Source: Candidatus Saccharimonadota bacterium
GTDB lineage: Bacteria; Patescibacteriota; Saccharimonadia; Saccharimonadales; AQU-01
Assembly (NCBI GenBank): GCA_018499905.2
Contig: JAHBAU020000005.1
Span: 2,136 to 66,135, forward strand
DNA length: 64,000 nucleotides
Direction: 5' to 3'
The position numbers were made by a program, and so were the translations under genes. Of the stretch, positions 1 to 10,171 are shown in pieces. Position 1 is the stretch's first letter. Every line of letters begins with the position of its first letter. The notes under the pieces are model-generated. The model was not told where the DNA came from, made no database searches, and worked only from the letters and a program-made list of their open reading frames with translations.

Positions 1-286
1 AGGCGTGGTCGGCTTGGCCGTCGGTTTGGCTATAGGTACGCAAGTCGGTGAAATGGTCAAATCAATTGTCAATGGTTTGATCAACCCAATCGTTGGTATG
101 ATCGTTGGTAATCAAGACGGCTTACTGGCTGCAAAGTTTACACTGACAATTGGCGGACGAAGCGGTGACTTTATGTGGGGCTCGGTTTTCTCGGCACTCA
201 TTACGTTGCTTGCTGTGTCGGCGGTTATCTATTATGTTGTGCGCGGTCTCAAGCTCGACAAACTAGATAAGGCCAAGGCTAAATAA
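1..286 (+). CDS. mscL: large-conductance mechanosensitive channel (5'-truncated by window edge)
   Basis: VGLAVGLAIG...IVNGLINPIVG...WGSVFSALITLLAVSAVIYYVV matches MscL TM1/TM2. Confidence 0.85.
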   Translation, partial: GVVGLAVGLAIGTQVGEMVKSIVNGLINPIVGMIVGNQDGLLAAKFTLTIGGRSGDFMWGSVFSALITLLAVSAVIYYVVRGLKLDKLDKAKAK

Positions 287-305
287 CTAGATCATCTGAA
301 AGTAC

Positions 306-322
306 GTTCAGGTTATTCTCAA
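306..322 (+). promoter_or_regulatory. possible OmpR-type tandem box (GTTCAG-N5-TCTCAA)
   Basis: Same 11-bp periodicity as the boxes at 21401 and 58362. Confidence 0.3.
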
Positions 323-599
323 GCATACAGACTACACTGCAAGTACTACCTTGGTAGTTTGCACACTAAGTTAAGCTAGAAAACATCATGCGAGCAGGCA
401 AGTAAGCCGCCGGATTGAATGCTTGATAACTTTCTTTAGTGGCAGTAGTCGCGTCAATACATGATTTTGTAGTAACCATTTGAACGCACATAGGGCATAG
501 CTATGTCCTGGTTTATTCAGTGCGCGGTTATTATTAAGCTCCTTGTTGGCGGGGTGGTCAGTCCGTTCACAAAATACAATAAGTAAGAAGGAGAATACC

Positions 600-1106
600 T
601 TGAGTAAATTGACAAAAACATTATTGGTAACCGGTGGTGTACTGGCTGTTGGTGCCAGTAGTCTCATCGGAGTTGGTGCGGTAAGCGCCCAGACTTCATC
701 CGGCACAACCAGCGGCCCAACAGCGTTAATTCAAAAGATAGCACAAAAATTCAACCTCAATGAGGCCGAAGTTAAGGCTGTCTTTGACGAAGAGCATGAA
801 GCGCGCGAAGCCGAACGGCGACAAAATATGGAAGATAGACTAAGCCAGGCTGTTGCTGACGGCAAGATAACAGAAGAGCAGAAAACAACCGTTTTATCCA
901 AGATTGATGAGCTAGATACTTTTCGCGATAGCTTGTCTGATAAAACGGACGAAGAACGCCGAGAAGCCATGAAATCCAAGATGGATGAGCTGATGACTTG
1001 GGCTGATGAAAACGATATCCCTATCAGCTATTTGCGGATGGGTGGGCCACGAGGTGGGCACGGTGGCGGTATGGGTAATATGGCCCCGCCCGCTGACCAA
1101 GAGTAG
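600..1106 (+). CDS. secreted helical hypothetical protein with Gly-rich C-terminus
   Basis: TTG start after AAGGAG RBS; signal peptide (AVSA); IAQKFNLNEAEVKAVFDE...AVADGKITEEQ. Confidence 0.7.
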   Translation: MSKLTKTLLVTGGVLAVGASSLIGVGAVSAQTSSGTTSGPTALIQKIAQKFNLNEAEVKAVFDEEHEAREAERRQNMEDRLSQAVADGKITEEQKTTVLSKIDELDTFRDSLSDKTDEERREAMKSKMDELMTWADENDIPISYLRMGGPRGGHGGGMGNMAPPADQE

Positions 1107-1145
1107 CCCCTAGTTGGTCGGCTTGGTCCGCACTGCCAGCCTCCT

Positions 1146-1193
1146 CAGTTAGCCACACGCATATCTGAACTTTCAGACGGCTGTGGCTAACTG
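1146..1193. repeat. 12-bp inverted repeat with inner hairpin; possible terminator
   Basis: CAGTTAGCCACA (1146-1157) / TGTGGCTAACTG (1182-1193). Confidence 0.5.
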
Positions 1194-1244
1194 CATTGCT
1201 ATGGCGAGAGTTGACGGCCTATACTTAGGCGAGAGCATTATATT

Positions 1245-3056
1245 ATGAAAGACCAGCAAGGCAATGAAATAGTCGTCACAGTTGGTACCGACCAGCCAAC
1301 TGCCGATGCAAATAACCTGATCGTACCCACCACCGCTGAGCGGGTAAGTCGCTTGGTAAAATTCAAAGCACTCTTGCATATTTTCTGGGTAAGAAAGAAG
1401 ATCTCTATTCCGGTGCTAATACTCGCTACGCTTCTCTTGCTTGCGACCGTACCATTCACGCGCTACCAGATCTTTGGATTATTTCTAAAACAAGATTATG
1501 CAGTGAAAGTAACTGACAGTATCACCGGCAAGCCAATCAGCAGCGCTAAGGTCACGCTTGGGTCGATGTCAGAAACGACAGATGCGAATGGCGAGACAAC
1601 ACTCAAAACCAAAGTGGGTAATCAAAAACTGACTATCGAAAAGAATTATTATGAAGCTAGTTCGCAGTCGGTGACAGTGCCACTAACCAAGAAGGCAGGC
1701 GTTTTCAGGCAAGTGTCACTCAAAGCAACCGGACGACAGGTACCTGTCAGTGTCAGTAATCGTCTGACAGGCCAGCCAATAAAGAATATAACTGTTAAAG
1801 CAGCCGATACCGAAGCAGTGAGTGGTGAGGACGGCATGGCTGTCGTAGTGCTACCAGCCGGGCAGGATAGCTTTGAGGCTGAATTATCTGGCGAGGGCAT
1901 CAACCCCATGAAAGTAAATATTGTTGTTAGTGAAGAGCTAAAGCCGGAGAATCAATTTTCGGTTACCCCAATTGGCAAAGTCTACTTCTTATCTAAACAA
2001 TCTGGCAAAATAGACGTCGTAAAAACCGATTTAGACGGGTCCAATCGGCAGACGGTGCTTGCGGGTACAGGCAAAGAGGACGAAAATGAAACCGTCTTGC
2101 TGGCGGCCCGTGATTGGAAATACTTAGCTCTTTACTCCAAGCGCGATGGCGGCAAGTACGCCAAACTCTTCCTAATTGATACGCAGAAAAATGACGAGCT
2201 AGTCGTTATTGATGAGGGTGAGGCGCAATTCACCCTCTATGGATGGGCCGACCACCATTTTGCCTACAAAGTTGAGCGCTACAATGTGCAAAGCTGGGTT
2301 ATTAAAAAACACGCGCTCAAAGCATACGACGCAGATGGTCGTAAAATCGTGTTACTGGATGAAACACAGGCATTTGGTGATGCCCAAAACTACATAGATG
2401 AACAATACCAATGGGCCCATCTGATGGGAAAACAGCTGGTGTTCTTCAGGGCTTGGACTAGTCATAAAAACTTTTACACTACAATTTTCCCTGAGCTATC
2501 AGTCAAGCAGTCGAAAGTTGTCAGTATTGATGTAGATGGCTCAAATCGTAGAGACCTAAAGACCTACGATATTGCAGAATCTATCAGTGGTGCCACTACG
2601 TACTATCAGCCATACAGTTCTTACCAAAGCGTGATATACGAGCCCGGTGAGCTATTCTTTTTGTTGAGTAGCAATAACGCTGACACGCGGTACTTTAAAG
2701 TTTTTGGCGGTAAGATTGAGGAAGATATGGAGGCCAAGGACTTCTTCCAAAGTGGCAAGGCCTATCCAACCTACCTGGCTTCGCCGGACGGTAGTAAAAC
2801 TTTTTGGGTGGAATCCAGGGATGGGAAAAATACTTTGTTTATCGGCGATGCGAATGGCGCAAATGAACGGGAGATTGCCAAACTAAGCGAACTTACACAG
2901 TACGGATGGTTTACCGAAGAGTATTTGTTAGTTTCTAAAAATAGCAGTGAACTTTTCATCCTACCTGTCGCGGGCGGCCAGCCAATAAAGGTGAGCGATT
3001 ATCACAAGCCTGCCTATAATTATTATGGTTATGGTGGTGGCTACGGTGGCATCTAA
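1245..3056 (+). CDS. membrane-anchored protein: carboxypeptidase-regulatory-like beta-sandwich domains plus TolB-like beta-propeller
   Basis: One TM, VTDSITGKPISSAKV...TDANGE repeats, VVKTDLDGSNRQ and SPDGSKTFW propeller motifs. Confidence 0.7.
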   Translation: MKDQQGNEIVVTVGTDQPTADANNLIVPTTAERVSRLVKFKALLHIFWVRKKISIPVLILATLLLLATVPFTRYQIFGLFLKQDYAVKVTDSITGKPISSAKVTLGSMSETTDANGETTLKTKVGNQKLTIEKNYYEASSQSVTVPLTKKAGVFRQVSLKATGRQVPVSVSNRLTGQPIKNITVKAADTEAVSGEDGMAVVVLPAGQDSFEAELSGEGINPMKVNIVVSEELKPENQFSVTPIGKVYFLSKQSGKIDVVKTDLDGSNRQTVLAGTGKEDENETVLLAARDWKYLALYSKRDGGKYAKLFLIDTQKNDELVVIDEGEAQFTLYGWADHHFAYKVERYNVQSWVIKKHALKAYDADGRKIVLLDETQAFGDAQNYIDEQYQWAHLMGKQLVFFRAWTSHKNFYTTIFPELSVKQSKVVSIDVDGSNRRDLKTYDIAESISGATTYYQPYSSYQSVIYEPGELFFLLSSNNADTRYFKVFGGKIEEDMEAKDFFQSGKAYPTYLASPDGSKTFWVESRDGKNTLFIGDANGANEREIAKLSELTQYGWFTEEYLLVSKNSSELFILPVAGGQPIKVSDYHKPAYNYYGYGGGYGGI

Positions 3057-3097
3057 AGCGGTTCCAGCCTGAAAATGCTCATGTATACTAGAGGGGC

Positions 3098-3457
3098 ATG
3101 GATAACAAACCAGCCTCGACAGGCACACAACTTTCGAATACGGGCAATCCTCAGGACATTGGTGGCCAAAATATAACTGCACCCAAAACCGACCTGCAAA
3201 CGACGCTGACCCAGAGTAGTAACAGTACAAATTTCAATATCACGAGTGTTGGGGACAGTACTTTTAAGCCTTTTGAGGCATCCACAACTACGTCATCATC
3301 GTTAGGGGCAGAGCTTGACGGTACCGTACCAACGCCTGTTAAAGGGACAAATTTTATGCTGGTAGCCGGTGTTGCCATCATTGTCCTACTTCTTTGTGCC
3401 CTCACGACCTGGGTTTTGTATAAGGATTCCCAAAAAAGACTTATAAAGCGAGCTTAG
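3098..3457 (+). CDS. Ser/Thr-rich hypothetical protein with C-terminal TM
   Basis: 119-aa ORF, TATACT upstream, hydrophobic helix followed by basic tail. Confidence 0.6.
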   Translation: MDNKPASTGTQLSNTGNPQDIGGQNITAPKTDLQTTLTQSSNSTNFNITSVGDSTFKPFEASTTTSSSLGAELDGTVPTPVKGTNFMLVAGVAIIVLLLCALTTWVLYKDSQKRLIKRA

Positions 3458-3460
3458 GCA

Positions 3461-5353
3461 ATGAAACGAAAACAGTCGATAGAGCAGTTACCAGACTCAC
3501 CAATTCAAGAGCAGCTTGAAGCAAAAGTGCGGGAAATGCTGGGCCCTGACTATACCAGTGCGCCACCGACTCTAGACAAGCCCGCTGAATTGCAGGCCGC
3601 GGAAGATGATCAGCAGGTAGTAGCGCCAGAGACCGACCAACCAGAAGACCGGATAGCTGAAGATATTGAAGAACCCGAAGACGCTGCGACACAGCGTGCA
3701 GTTCACGAAATTGAATTGAGCGAAAGCGATCGAATTCTGGAAGCTGAGGATAAAGAGATTGAAGCGGCATTTGAGCCAGAAAAATTGTCGTTTGGGAATC
3801 GAATAAAACAATTCTTTAGTCGATGGTGGCGCAGCCCGATAAAACGTAATACTACCCTCGCAGTAGTGCTGTTCGGTCTAGCTGCCGTTGCTGTAGTACC
3901 GGCCGGACGATATTTTGTATTAAATACCGTCGGTGTCCGCGCATCGTCGAGTATGACTGTTATTGATGCTGCTAGCCAGCAGCCTATCAAAAACGCCACA
4001 GTGGCAATTATGGGTGTTTCTGGCCAGACCGACAGCGAGGGCCGAGTAACGCTCAGTTCTTTGCGCTTAGGGCCGGCTGATCTGACGGTCAATAAGCGGG
4101 CCTACGCCCAGATCACTAAACGTATTACCGTCGGCTGGGGGAGTAACCCGCTCGACAGCCTGCAACTGGTGGCTTCTGGAGAACAGTTTACGTTTGTTGT
4201 CACCGACTATCTTTCCGGAAAGCCTGTCAGTGATGCCGAAGCTAGTGTTGGCGGCTCAGACGCTAGTGCTGATAACGAAGGACGAATTTTATTGGCTACC
4301 GAACCTGGTGATGATGCTTCAGAAGTGACAATCTCTGCCAAAAATTATCGCAGTGAAAAAGTGAAGCTAGGCGATGATATTAAGGCCGAAGTCTCAGTGA
4401 AGATGGTGCCGGCACGTAAAAGCGTGTTCGTGTCCAAGCGTAATGGCAAATATGATCTGTATAAAATCGATGTTGACGGCCAAAATGAAAAGCTGGTTTT
4501 GGCCGGTAGCGGGGTTGAGCGGTCCGACATGGCGCTCGTCAGCCATCCCACAGATGAAGTTGTCGCCTTTGTTTCCACGCGCGAAAACATCCGAAACTCT
4601 GACGGCTATCTCCTCAGCACGTTGACAGTTGTTGACCTGTCCAATGACTCAACCCAAAAAGCTGCCCAAGCCGAACGAATTGAAGTCTTGGGTTGGTCGG
4701 GATCAAAGCTCTACTATGTTCAAACTGTTGCTGGTGCCAGTGCCGGCAATCCAGAGCGACAAAAAATCGTTAGCTATGATTATAAAGACAGCAAATCGGC
4801 AACTATCACAACCGCAAATTACTTTAACGACCATGTGCTTGTCGGCGACAGTCTGTACTATGCGGCCTCGGCGGCATTTAATCCTGACAAAGCTGGTTTA
4901 TACAAGGTCGGTACATCCGGTTCTGCGCAACAGCTGCAGCCCAAAGAAGTATATGGGATTTACCGGATGGCCTATGACCGGCTATCGTTTGTAACCGATA
5001 ATAACGCGTGGTATGAAACCGTTCTTGGCCAGTCTTCGTCGTCCAAATTAACCGGGGTACCCGCCAATCCAGTTCTCAGAGTCTATACCGATAGTCCTGA
5101 TGGCTCAAAGAGCGTTTGGGTCGACCAACGAGACGGCAAGGGCGTGCTGCTTTCATATAACAAAGCATCCAAAGAGGACACGATTATTCAGAACCTTGGT
5201 GGCTTACGAGGCCCGGTTCGTTGGTTGAGTGACAAAGTACTGGTGTATAGAATTGCCGATGGGTCAGAGATTGCTGACTACGCTTTCAATATCGAAGGCG
5301 GTGAACCAAAGAAAATCCGTGACGTTACTTTGACAAACGGTGCGGGCGACTAG
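3461..5353 (+). CDS. paralog of 1245..3056 with acidic N-terminal extension
   Basis: TDYLSGKPVSDAEA, YKIDVDGQNEKLVLAGSG, SPDGSKSVWVDQRDGK. Confidence 0.7.
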   Translation: MKRKQSIEQLPDSPIQEQLEAKVREMLGPDYTSAPPTLDKPAELQAAEDDQQVVAPETDQPEDRIAEDIEEPEDAATQRAVHEIELSESDRILEAEDKEIEAAFEPEKLSFGNRIKQFFSRWWRSPIKRNTTLAVVLFGLAAVAVVPAGRYFVLNTVGVRASSSMTVIDAASQQPIKNATVAIMGVSGQTDSEGRVTLSSLRLGPADLTVNKRAYAQITKRITVGWGSNPLDSLQLVASGEQFTFVVTDYLSGKPVSDAEASVGGSDASADNEGRILLATEPGDDASEVTISAKNYRSEKVKLGDDIKAEVSVKMVPARKSVFVSKRNGKYDLYKIDVDGQNEKLVLAGSGVERSDMALVSHPTDEVVAFVSTRENIRNSDGYLLSTLTVVDLSNDSTQKAAQAERIEVLGWSGSKLYYVQTVAGASAGNPERQKIVSYDYKDSKSATITTANYFNDHVLVGDSLYYAASAAFNPDKAGLYKVGTSGSAQQLQPKEVYGIYRMAYDRLSFVTDNNAWYETVLGQSSSSKLTGVPANPVLRVYTDSPDGSKSVWVDQRDGKGVLLSYNKASKEDTIIQNLGGLRGPVRWLSDKVLVYRIADGSEIADYAFNIEGGEPKKIRDVTLTNGAGD

Positions 5354-6218
5354 CAGATTTTTTTGCGTCTGCCATGTCGGGAGTAATCTCACAAATAGTA
5401 AGCTTGCCATCTGATTTTAATCGACCTCGAAACACGCGATTGCGAAGCCAATAAGGTTCGGTCGAGGCGTCAACTTGACGGACTTTTTGGACCAAGCCAG
5501 TCGCTTTCAACGACGAAGTAATAAGGTCGCGCTCCTTATCGGTATTTTCATGAATCATATGGGTCAACTGGGCGTTGTGTCGAATTATGCCAATGCCAAT
5601 GTCTAGTGATGCGGCTCCAACCCAAAGAACCCGACCATCGAGTAAGTTTGATCGTTGAAAATTATCCCAAAACGATAAATGATCAAGATGCCGCGGGTCA
5701 CCTGTATGGCTGGCAGCCCAGAAGCGAACATGGTGTCGATGCCGCGGGGAACCGCCCACCGGCATTTCAAAACCTATATCCTGGTTTCTGCCGAATAAAT
5801 ACAAATTGCTGAACGGCGCGTTGACGTAGGACTTATTCTGAATGAGTGCTACAAAAAGTTTTAAAATCGTCCGAGGTGTCCGCCGGTCGGCCACAAACCA
5901 ACCGGCTTTGCCCATGGCGACTATTAACTCTTCTCTGGTGGCATAGACGCCGATATTAACTGGGTCACTGGCAAACCCATCGGGGGTTGTGCAGTAGTAT
6001 GGCAGGTGTTTGGGAGGGGCTATGAGCCTAATAAAACGAATAACTGTGGGAATAAATATATAAGCAATCAAAATGTAGGTTGCAAAAATAGCCGCCGGTT
6101 CAAATGGCAGTAAATCGCTGACTTCAGGAAAAACGTTCTTGAGCGCCAGGTAGGTCACAATGACACCCGGCACCAGAACACTTACCCGCTTTAGTAGTCG
6201 GATGATGAAAGTTACCAT
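5325..6218 (-). CDS. LssY C-terminal domain-like membrane protein
   Basis: DPVNIG, APFSNLYLFGRNQD, RHHVRFW, WVGAASLDIG, THMI..NTDKERD. Confidence 0.75.
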   Translation of the reverse strand: MVTFIIRLLKRVSVLVPGVIVTYLALKNVFPEVSDLLPFEPAAIFATYILIAYIFIPTVIRFIRLIAPPKHLPYYCTTPDGFASDPVNIGVYATREELIVAMGKAGWFVADRRTPRTILKLFVALIQNKSYVNAPFSNLYLFGRNQDIGFEMPVGGSPRHRHHVRFWAASHTGDPRHLDHLSFWDNFQRSNLLDGRVLWVGAASLDIGIGIIRHNAQLTHMIHENTDKERDLITSSLKATGLVQKVRQVDASTEPYWLRNRVFRGRLKSDGKLTICEITPDMADAKKSASRPHRLSK

Positions 6219-6336
6219 AATTTCTCGCTATAAGCATACTCTGTAGCGCATCTTCTGAACAGTCGTGAACGCCAAGCCCTATAGAAGCTTATGGTAAAAT
6301 GAGCTTAGAAGTAGTTAAAAAGGATATGACACCGTC

Positions 6337-7014
6337 ATGAGAAAACGATTATCGCTCATCATATGCAGTATCTCTGTGCTTGCGACATTTGCTGCCGTGC
6401 CTGTAGTGGTTGCTGAAACCACAACCGAACAGAGTACTGACACGACGACCGCCACACAAAAAGAAGCTTTGCGCGAAAGGCTTGAAAAAAAGAAAGCCGA
6501 ACTGAGTATAAAATTAGGCGAGGCCGAAAAGCAGCGCATCACCAGTCGTTGCTCCTCGGCACAGGGTAAAGTGAAGTCACTCAGCGAGAACGTGAGCGGC
6601 AGGGGTACGGTACGACAACAAGCCTACGCTAAATTAGTTGAAAAACTTGAAGCGCTTGTGCCAAAACTACAAGCTAAAGGTGTTGATACCGCAACGCTAG
6701 AGACGCAAATAAGCAGTCTAAAAGAAAAGATTGCTAAATTTGATGCCGACCTGAGTCTGTACCGTGATAGCATCACCGATCTAAAAGAAGTTGACTGCAC
6801 GACTGACCCAGAAGCTTTCCAAGCAGCCCTACAGGCAGCCCGCACTTTACGTGATGCGCTTGTAGACGATGCGCTTGATATTCGAACCTATGTCAACAAC
6901 ACCATCAAAGAGACTATTAAATCAATTCGTCAGCAACTAAGCGCTCAAGAGTCGACGACCTCAGAGCCCACGACAGCACCTAATGCAACTAACCAAACTG
7001 AAGGGACAAACTAA
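6337..7014 (+). CDS. secreted coiled-coil hypothetical protein
   Basis: Signal peptide, long helical K/E/A/L content, two Cys. Confidence 0.65.
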   Translation: MRKRLSLIICSISVLATFAAVPVVVAETTTEQSTDTTTATQKEALRERLEKKKAELSIKLGEAEKQRITSRCSSAQGKVKSLSENVSGRGTVRQQAYAKLVEKLEALVPKLQAKGVDTATLETQISSLKEKIAKFDADLSLYRDSITDLKEVDCTTDPEAFQAALQAARTLRDALVDDALDIRTYVNNTIKETIKSIRQQLSAQESTTSEPTTAPNATNQTEGTN

Positions 7015-7016
7015 TC

Positions 7017-7571
7017 ATGGAAGAGCCAAAGGCAACTGCAGATACAAATGGTGCATCCAGCACGACACAGCCAAGCATGAACGATGTCAAACCACCAGAA
7101 CCAAAATCGGTTCCTGAAGTACCTGATGCGGTCAAAGAGACGATGACATCATCAAATGAATCCGAGCCAGCAGTAGTCCCAGCCATGAGTGAACCACCTG
7201 CCGAAGAACCAAGTTCCGAGTCTGTCGATTCGTCTGCAAAACCGTCCTCACCCGTACCAGAAATCACCGAATCTGTACCGGCTGCTGTCAAACCGGCCAG
7301 GAAGTCCAGTAGCACGAGGATCATGGTGGCAGTAATTATCGCGGTTGTGCTTATTGCCGCTGCAGTATACGTTTATATGACTTCGAACTCAGCTGACACT
7401 GCGAAGACGACCAAAACAGATACAGATACGACTCAAACTGCTCAAACACAGCCTGCTAGTGTGAGTGACGTCGATCAAGCAGCTACGGAGGTTGACGAGG
7501 CTTTAACAGCTGCCGATGCAGCCCAAGACGTGAGTTCAGAAGATCTGAGCGATACAGCCTTAGGTCTATAG
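7017..7571 (+). CDS. Pro/Ser/Glu-rich single-TM hypothetical protein
   Basis: Disordered N-terminus, central TM; follows the previous gene by 2 nt. Confidence 0.65.
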   Translation: MEEPKATADTNGASSTTQPSMNDVKPPEPKSVPEVPDAVKETMTSSNESEPAVVPAMSEPPAEEPSSESVDSSAKPSSPVPEITESVPAAVKPARKSSSTRIMVAVIIAVVLIAAAVYVYMTSNSADTAKTTKTDTDTTQTAQTQPASVSDVDQAATEVDEALTAADAAQDVSSEDLSDTALGL

Positions 7572-8096
7572 CGAGCGTAAAGATTTTTTATAAAAATCTG
7601 CACATTTTTGTAACTCTAAAGCAAAGCTCGGGATAAAGTCTTGTGGCCGGTCTTTCGCCTCTGCTTCCAGCTCGTCAATTGGGAAAACTGCGACGCTCTC
7701 AACTTCATGATTATGTGCGGTATCAGGCTCAGCTACACCAATATACAGGTGCGAATATCGGCAACGAGTCAAACTACCGGTCTCATCGGGGAACGAGTTC
7801 ATGAACCGCTCGACAAAATGAAGCTGACACCGAATACCAATCTCTTCAAATAACTCGCGTTCAGCAGCCGCCAAAGCATCCTCACCGCTCGATAAGCCGC
7901 CACAGGCCGAGACATCCCAAAGTCCTGGATAATGTTTTTTTGTTTGAGCCCGTTTTTGAATAATGACTTTGTTGTCTGGGGTAAATACGAAAATTATGGC
8001 ATTTGGCGTAGTGTAGTTCTTGTCTTCGGCCTCCTCGCGAGTACATTGACCAATTATCTGGCCGTTCTGATCATAATAGTCGACTAGTTCATCCAT
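7566..8096 (-). CDS. NUDIX hydrolase (IDI/YfcD-like)
   Basis: QKRAQTKKHYPGLWDVSACGG..GEDALAAAERELFEEIG. Confidence 0.85.
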   Translation of the reverse strand: MDELVDYYDQNGQIIGQCTREEAEDKNYTTPNAIIFVFTPDNKVIIQKRAQTKKHYPGLWDVSACGGLSSGEDALAAAERELFEEIGIRCQLHFVERFMNSFPDETGSLTRCRYSHLYIGVAEPDTAHNHEVESVAVFPIDELEAEAKDRPQDFIPSFALELQKCADFYKKSLRSL

Positions 8097-8102
8097 GATG
8101 GT

Positions 8103-9389
8103 TTAGTGCCTGTCCTCCGCGGTTTTGACGTGCTGTCTGGCCCATTCGTCCAAACTCCCGCCACCACCGGCGCTTATGAGTAACACGAGACTGCCGTTCT
8201 TGGCGGCCTGGGTAATATCGGCCCACAACGACTCATCCAGGACGGCCGCCTTGCCAGTAACCCCGGTACGTTCAATAAGCTGAGCAGGGGAAAGCAACTC
8301 TAGTTTTGGGTCTTCGCGGGCCAGGTAGCTTGGTACCCAAATCAGCTCACGAATGTTCGCGAACAAACCATCAAATTGGCCACGCTCTAGCATAAAGTGC
8401 TGACGGGTGTTATGCAGGCCTTCGTAAACTACCACAATGTTGTCACCGGCCACCTCATGCGCAGTTTGAAGGGCGCCACGGATCTTTTCCATGGTGTGAG
8501 CGTAGTCGGTATAGATGTTTTCGGCCAGCCTTTCAAAACGGCGAGACAGGCCAGGGAAGCGGTTCATGATCTCGACCAGCCTTAATTCATCATAATCGCT
8601 GAGCTGCTGAACGGCGCGAATAACTTGCCAGGCGTTCTGCCGGTTGACTAGCCCAATGAGCTTGAGCTGCGGCGCCACGTCATTTTCATGTAACAAAACT
8701 AGTTTTTGAGGCTTAGCGTCGAGACCATCTTCATCCCAAGCAACCGACACCTGACAGCTATGTATAAACTGCACAAAGGCAGCGGTGTAGTCCTCTTGAG
8801 TAGGGTAGACGTCCTGATGATCGTAACTAACGCCGGTAATAACGCCCATATATGGGGTAAAGCTCAAGAAATTTCGATCATACTCGTCGGCTTCATAAAC
8901 AAAATATTCAGCTGCAGGGTTAAACTCGCCCATTTCACCAAAAGGAAGCTTGGCGCCGACGGAGTAGCTTAAACTCAGCCCAAGCTCTTTGAGCAGCCAA
9001 ATCATCATCGCTGTGGTAGTAGATTTGCCATGTGTCCCGGCTATGGCAATAAGCTTTTGTCCAGTTTGTTCTAGCAGCTCATTTAAGAATTCATCGCGCT
9101 TGGTCGCCTTTATGCCTAATTCCTTGGCTTTGAGCAGTTCTGGGTGCTGTGGGTTTTCTTTTGGCAGGGCTGACGAATACACTAGCCAGTCGATCGGCTG
9201 CTTACGATGGGCCTCGGCAAGTTCTTCACCAGTCTGACCTATAGCAATGGTAATGCCAGCCTTTTTGTATAGGTACTCAGTATAGCTGCTGGATTGTTTG
9301 TCGGAGCCTGACACATCGAAGCCGGCTTGCTTGGCAATAAGTGCTAACGGCCCGGTTCCGGCGCCAATCCCGGCAAAATAAACATGCAT
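8103..9389 (-). CDS. murC: UDP-N-acetylmuramate--L-alanine ligase
   Basis: VYFAGIG, GSD, AIAGTHGKSTTT, EADEYDRNFL, DYAH; start set at MHVYF. Confidence 0.85.
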   Translation of the reverse strand: MHVYFAGIGAGTGPLALIAKQAGFDVSGSDKQSSSYTEYLYKKAGITIAIGQTGEELAEAHRKQPIDWLVYSSALPKENPQHPELLKAKELGIKATKRDEFLNELLEQTGQKLIAIAGTHGKSTTTAMMIWLLKELGLSLSYSVGAKLPFGEMGEFNPAAEYFVYEADEYDRNFLSFTPYMGVITGVSYDHQDVYPTQEDYTAAFVQFIHSCQVSVAWDEDGLDAKPQKLVLLHENDVAPQLKLIGLVNRQNAWQVIRAVQQLSDYDELRLVEIMNRFPGLSRRFERLAENIYTDYAHTMEKIRGALQTAHEVAGDNIVVVYEGLHNTRQHFMLERGQFDGLFANIRELIWVPSYLAREDPKLELLSPAQLIERTGVTGKAAVLDESLWADITQAAKNGSLVLLISAGGGGSLDEWARQHVKTAEDRH

Positions 9390-9469
9390 AGAATATAGTG
9401 TACCGGTTTTTTTGAACAAACTGAAAAGATGGCTGCTGGCTGGCAAGTTGCTCTATAATCATAATCAAG

Positions 9470-10081
9470 ATGCAGCTGCTAACCACAAAAGAGGCAGGAT
9501 ACTACGAGCGACGGCTAAACAAAATTAATCCGTGGTATTTTTTGGCTGCAGCCGCCTGCTCAGCAGGGGTGTCTGTGTATGCCCTACGCCAAAATAACCT
9601 GACCATGCTCCGCCTGAAGGAGCAAGTAGCTATCGTCGATCAGCAAAACGGTGATATCGAGGGCGCGCTGCGTGACCTGCGCGAACACGTTTACGGCCAT
9701 ATGAACACAAACATATCGAGTGGGGCTAACCCCATAAAGCCGCCAATTCAGCTCAAATATGAGTACGAGCGGCTGGTGGCGTCCGAAAAAGAACGCGTCA
9801 GTACCGAAACCGCCAAAATTTACACCGAGGGGCAAGCAGTCTGCGAGGCACAGTATCCAAATAGTTTTTCTGGTGGCCCACGGGTTCCTTGTGTCGAGTC
9901 TTATGTCGGTAGCCGAAAAGTGACAGAGAAACCGATACCAGACAGTCTATACAAGTTTGACTTTGTTTCACCAGCCTGGACGCCAGACGTCGCTGGTATA
10001 AGCATGGTGCTTTCCGCCATTCTGTTATCACTGTTTGTGCTGCGCTTTGGCGCAGAGCGTTGGCTGAAGTCACAACTGTAG
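9470..10081 (+). CDS. hypothetical membrane protein (N- and C-terminal TM)
   Basis: TATAAT upstream; YALRQNNLTM, YVGHMN-like segment, FDFVSPAWTPD. Confidence 0.7.
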   Translation: MQLLTTKEAGYYERRLNKINPWYFLAAAACSAGVSVYALRQNNLTMLRLKEQVAIVDQQNGDIEGALRDLREHVYGHMNTNISSGANPIKPPIQLKYEYERLVASEKERVSTETAKIYTEGQAVCEAQYPNSFSGGPRVPCVESYVGSRKVTEKPIPDSLYKFDFVSPAWTPDVAGISMVLSAILLSLFVLRFGAERWLKSQL

Positions 10082-10119
10082 TCCCTAATCATAAATCAAA
10101 AGTACTAGGCCCGAAATAT

Positions 10120-10153
10120 AAAGAAACCCCGTGGTTGCCCTGGGGGTTTCTTT
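10120..10153. terminator. bidirectional intrinsic terminator
   Basis: AAAGAAACCCC / GGGGTTTCTTT between convergent genes. Confidence 0.8.
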
Positions 10154-10171
10154 AGGTCTAACAGTAACGGT

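Noticed and set aside
6..1125. 12-nt match TGGTCGGCTTGG near 6 and 1114
   Set aside because: Short, one copy is inside mscL coding sequence, and no mobile gene lies between them; likely chance
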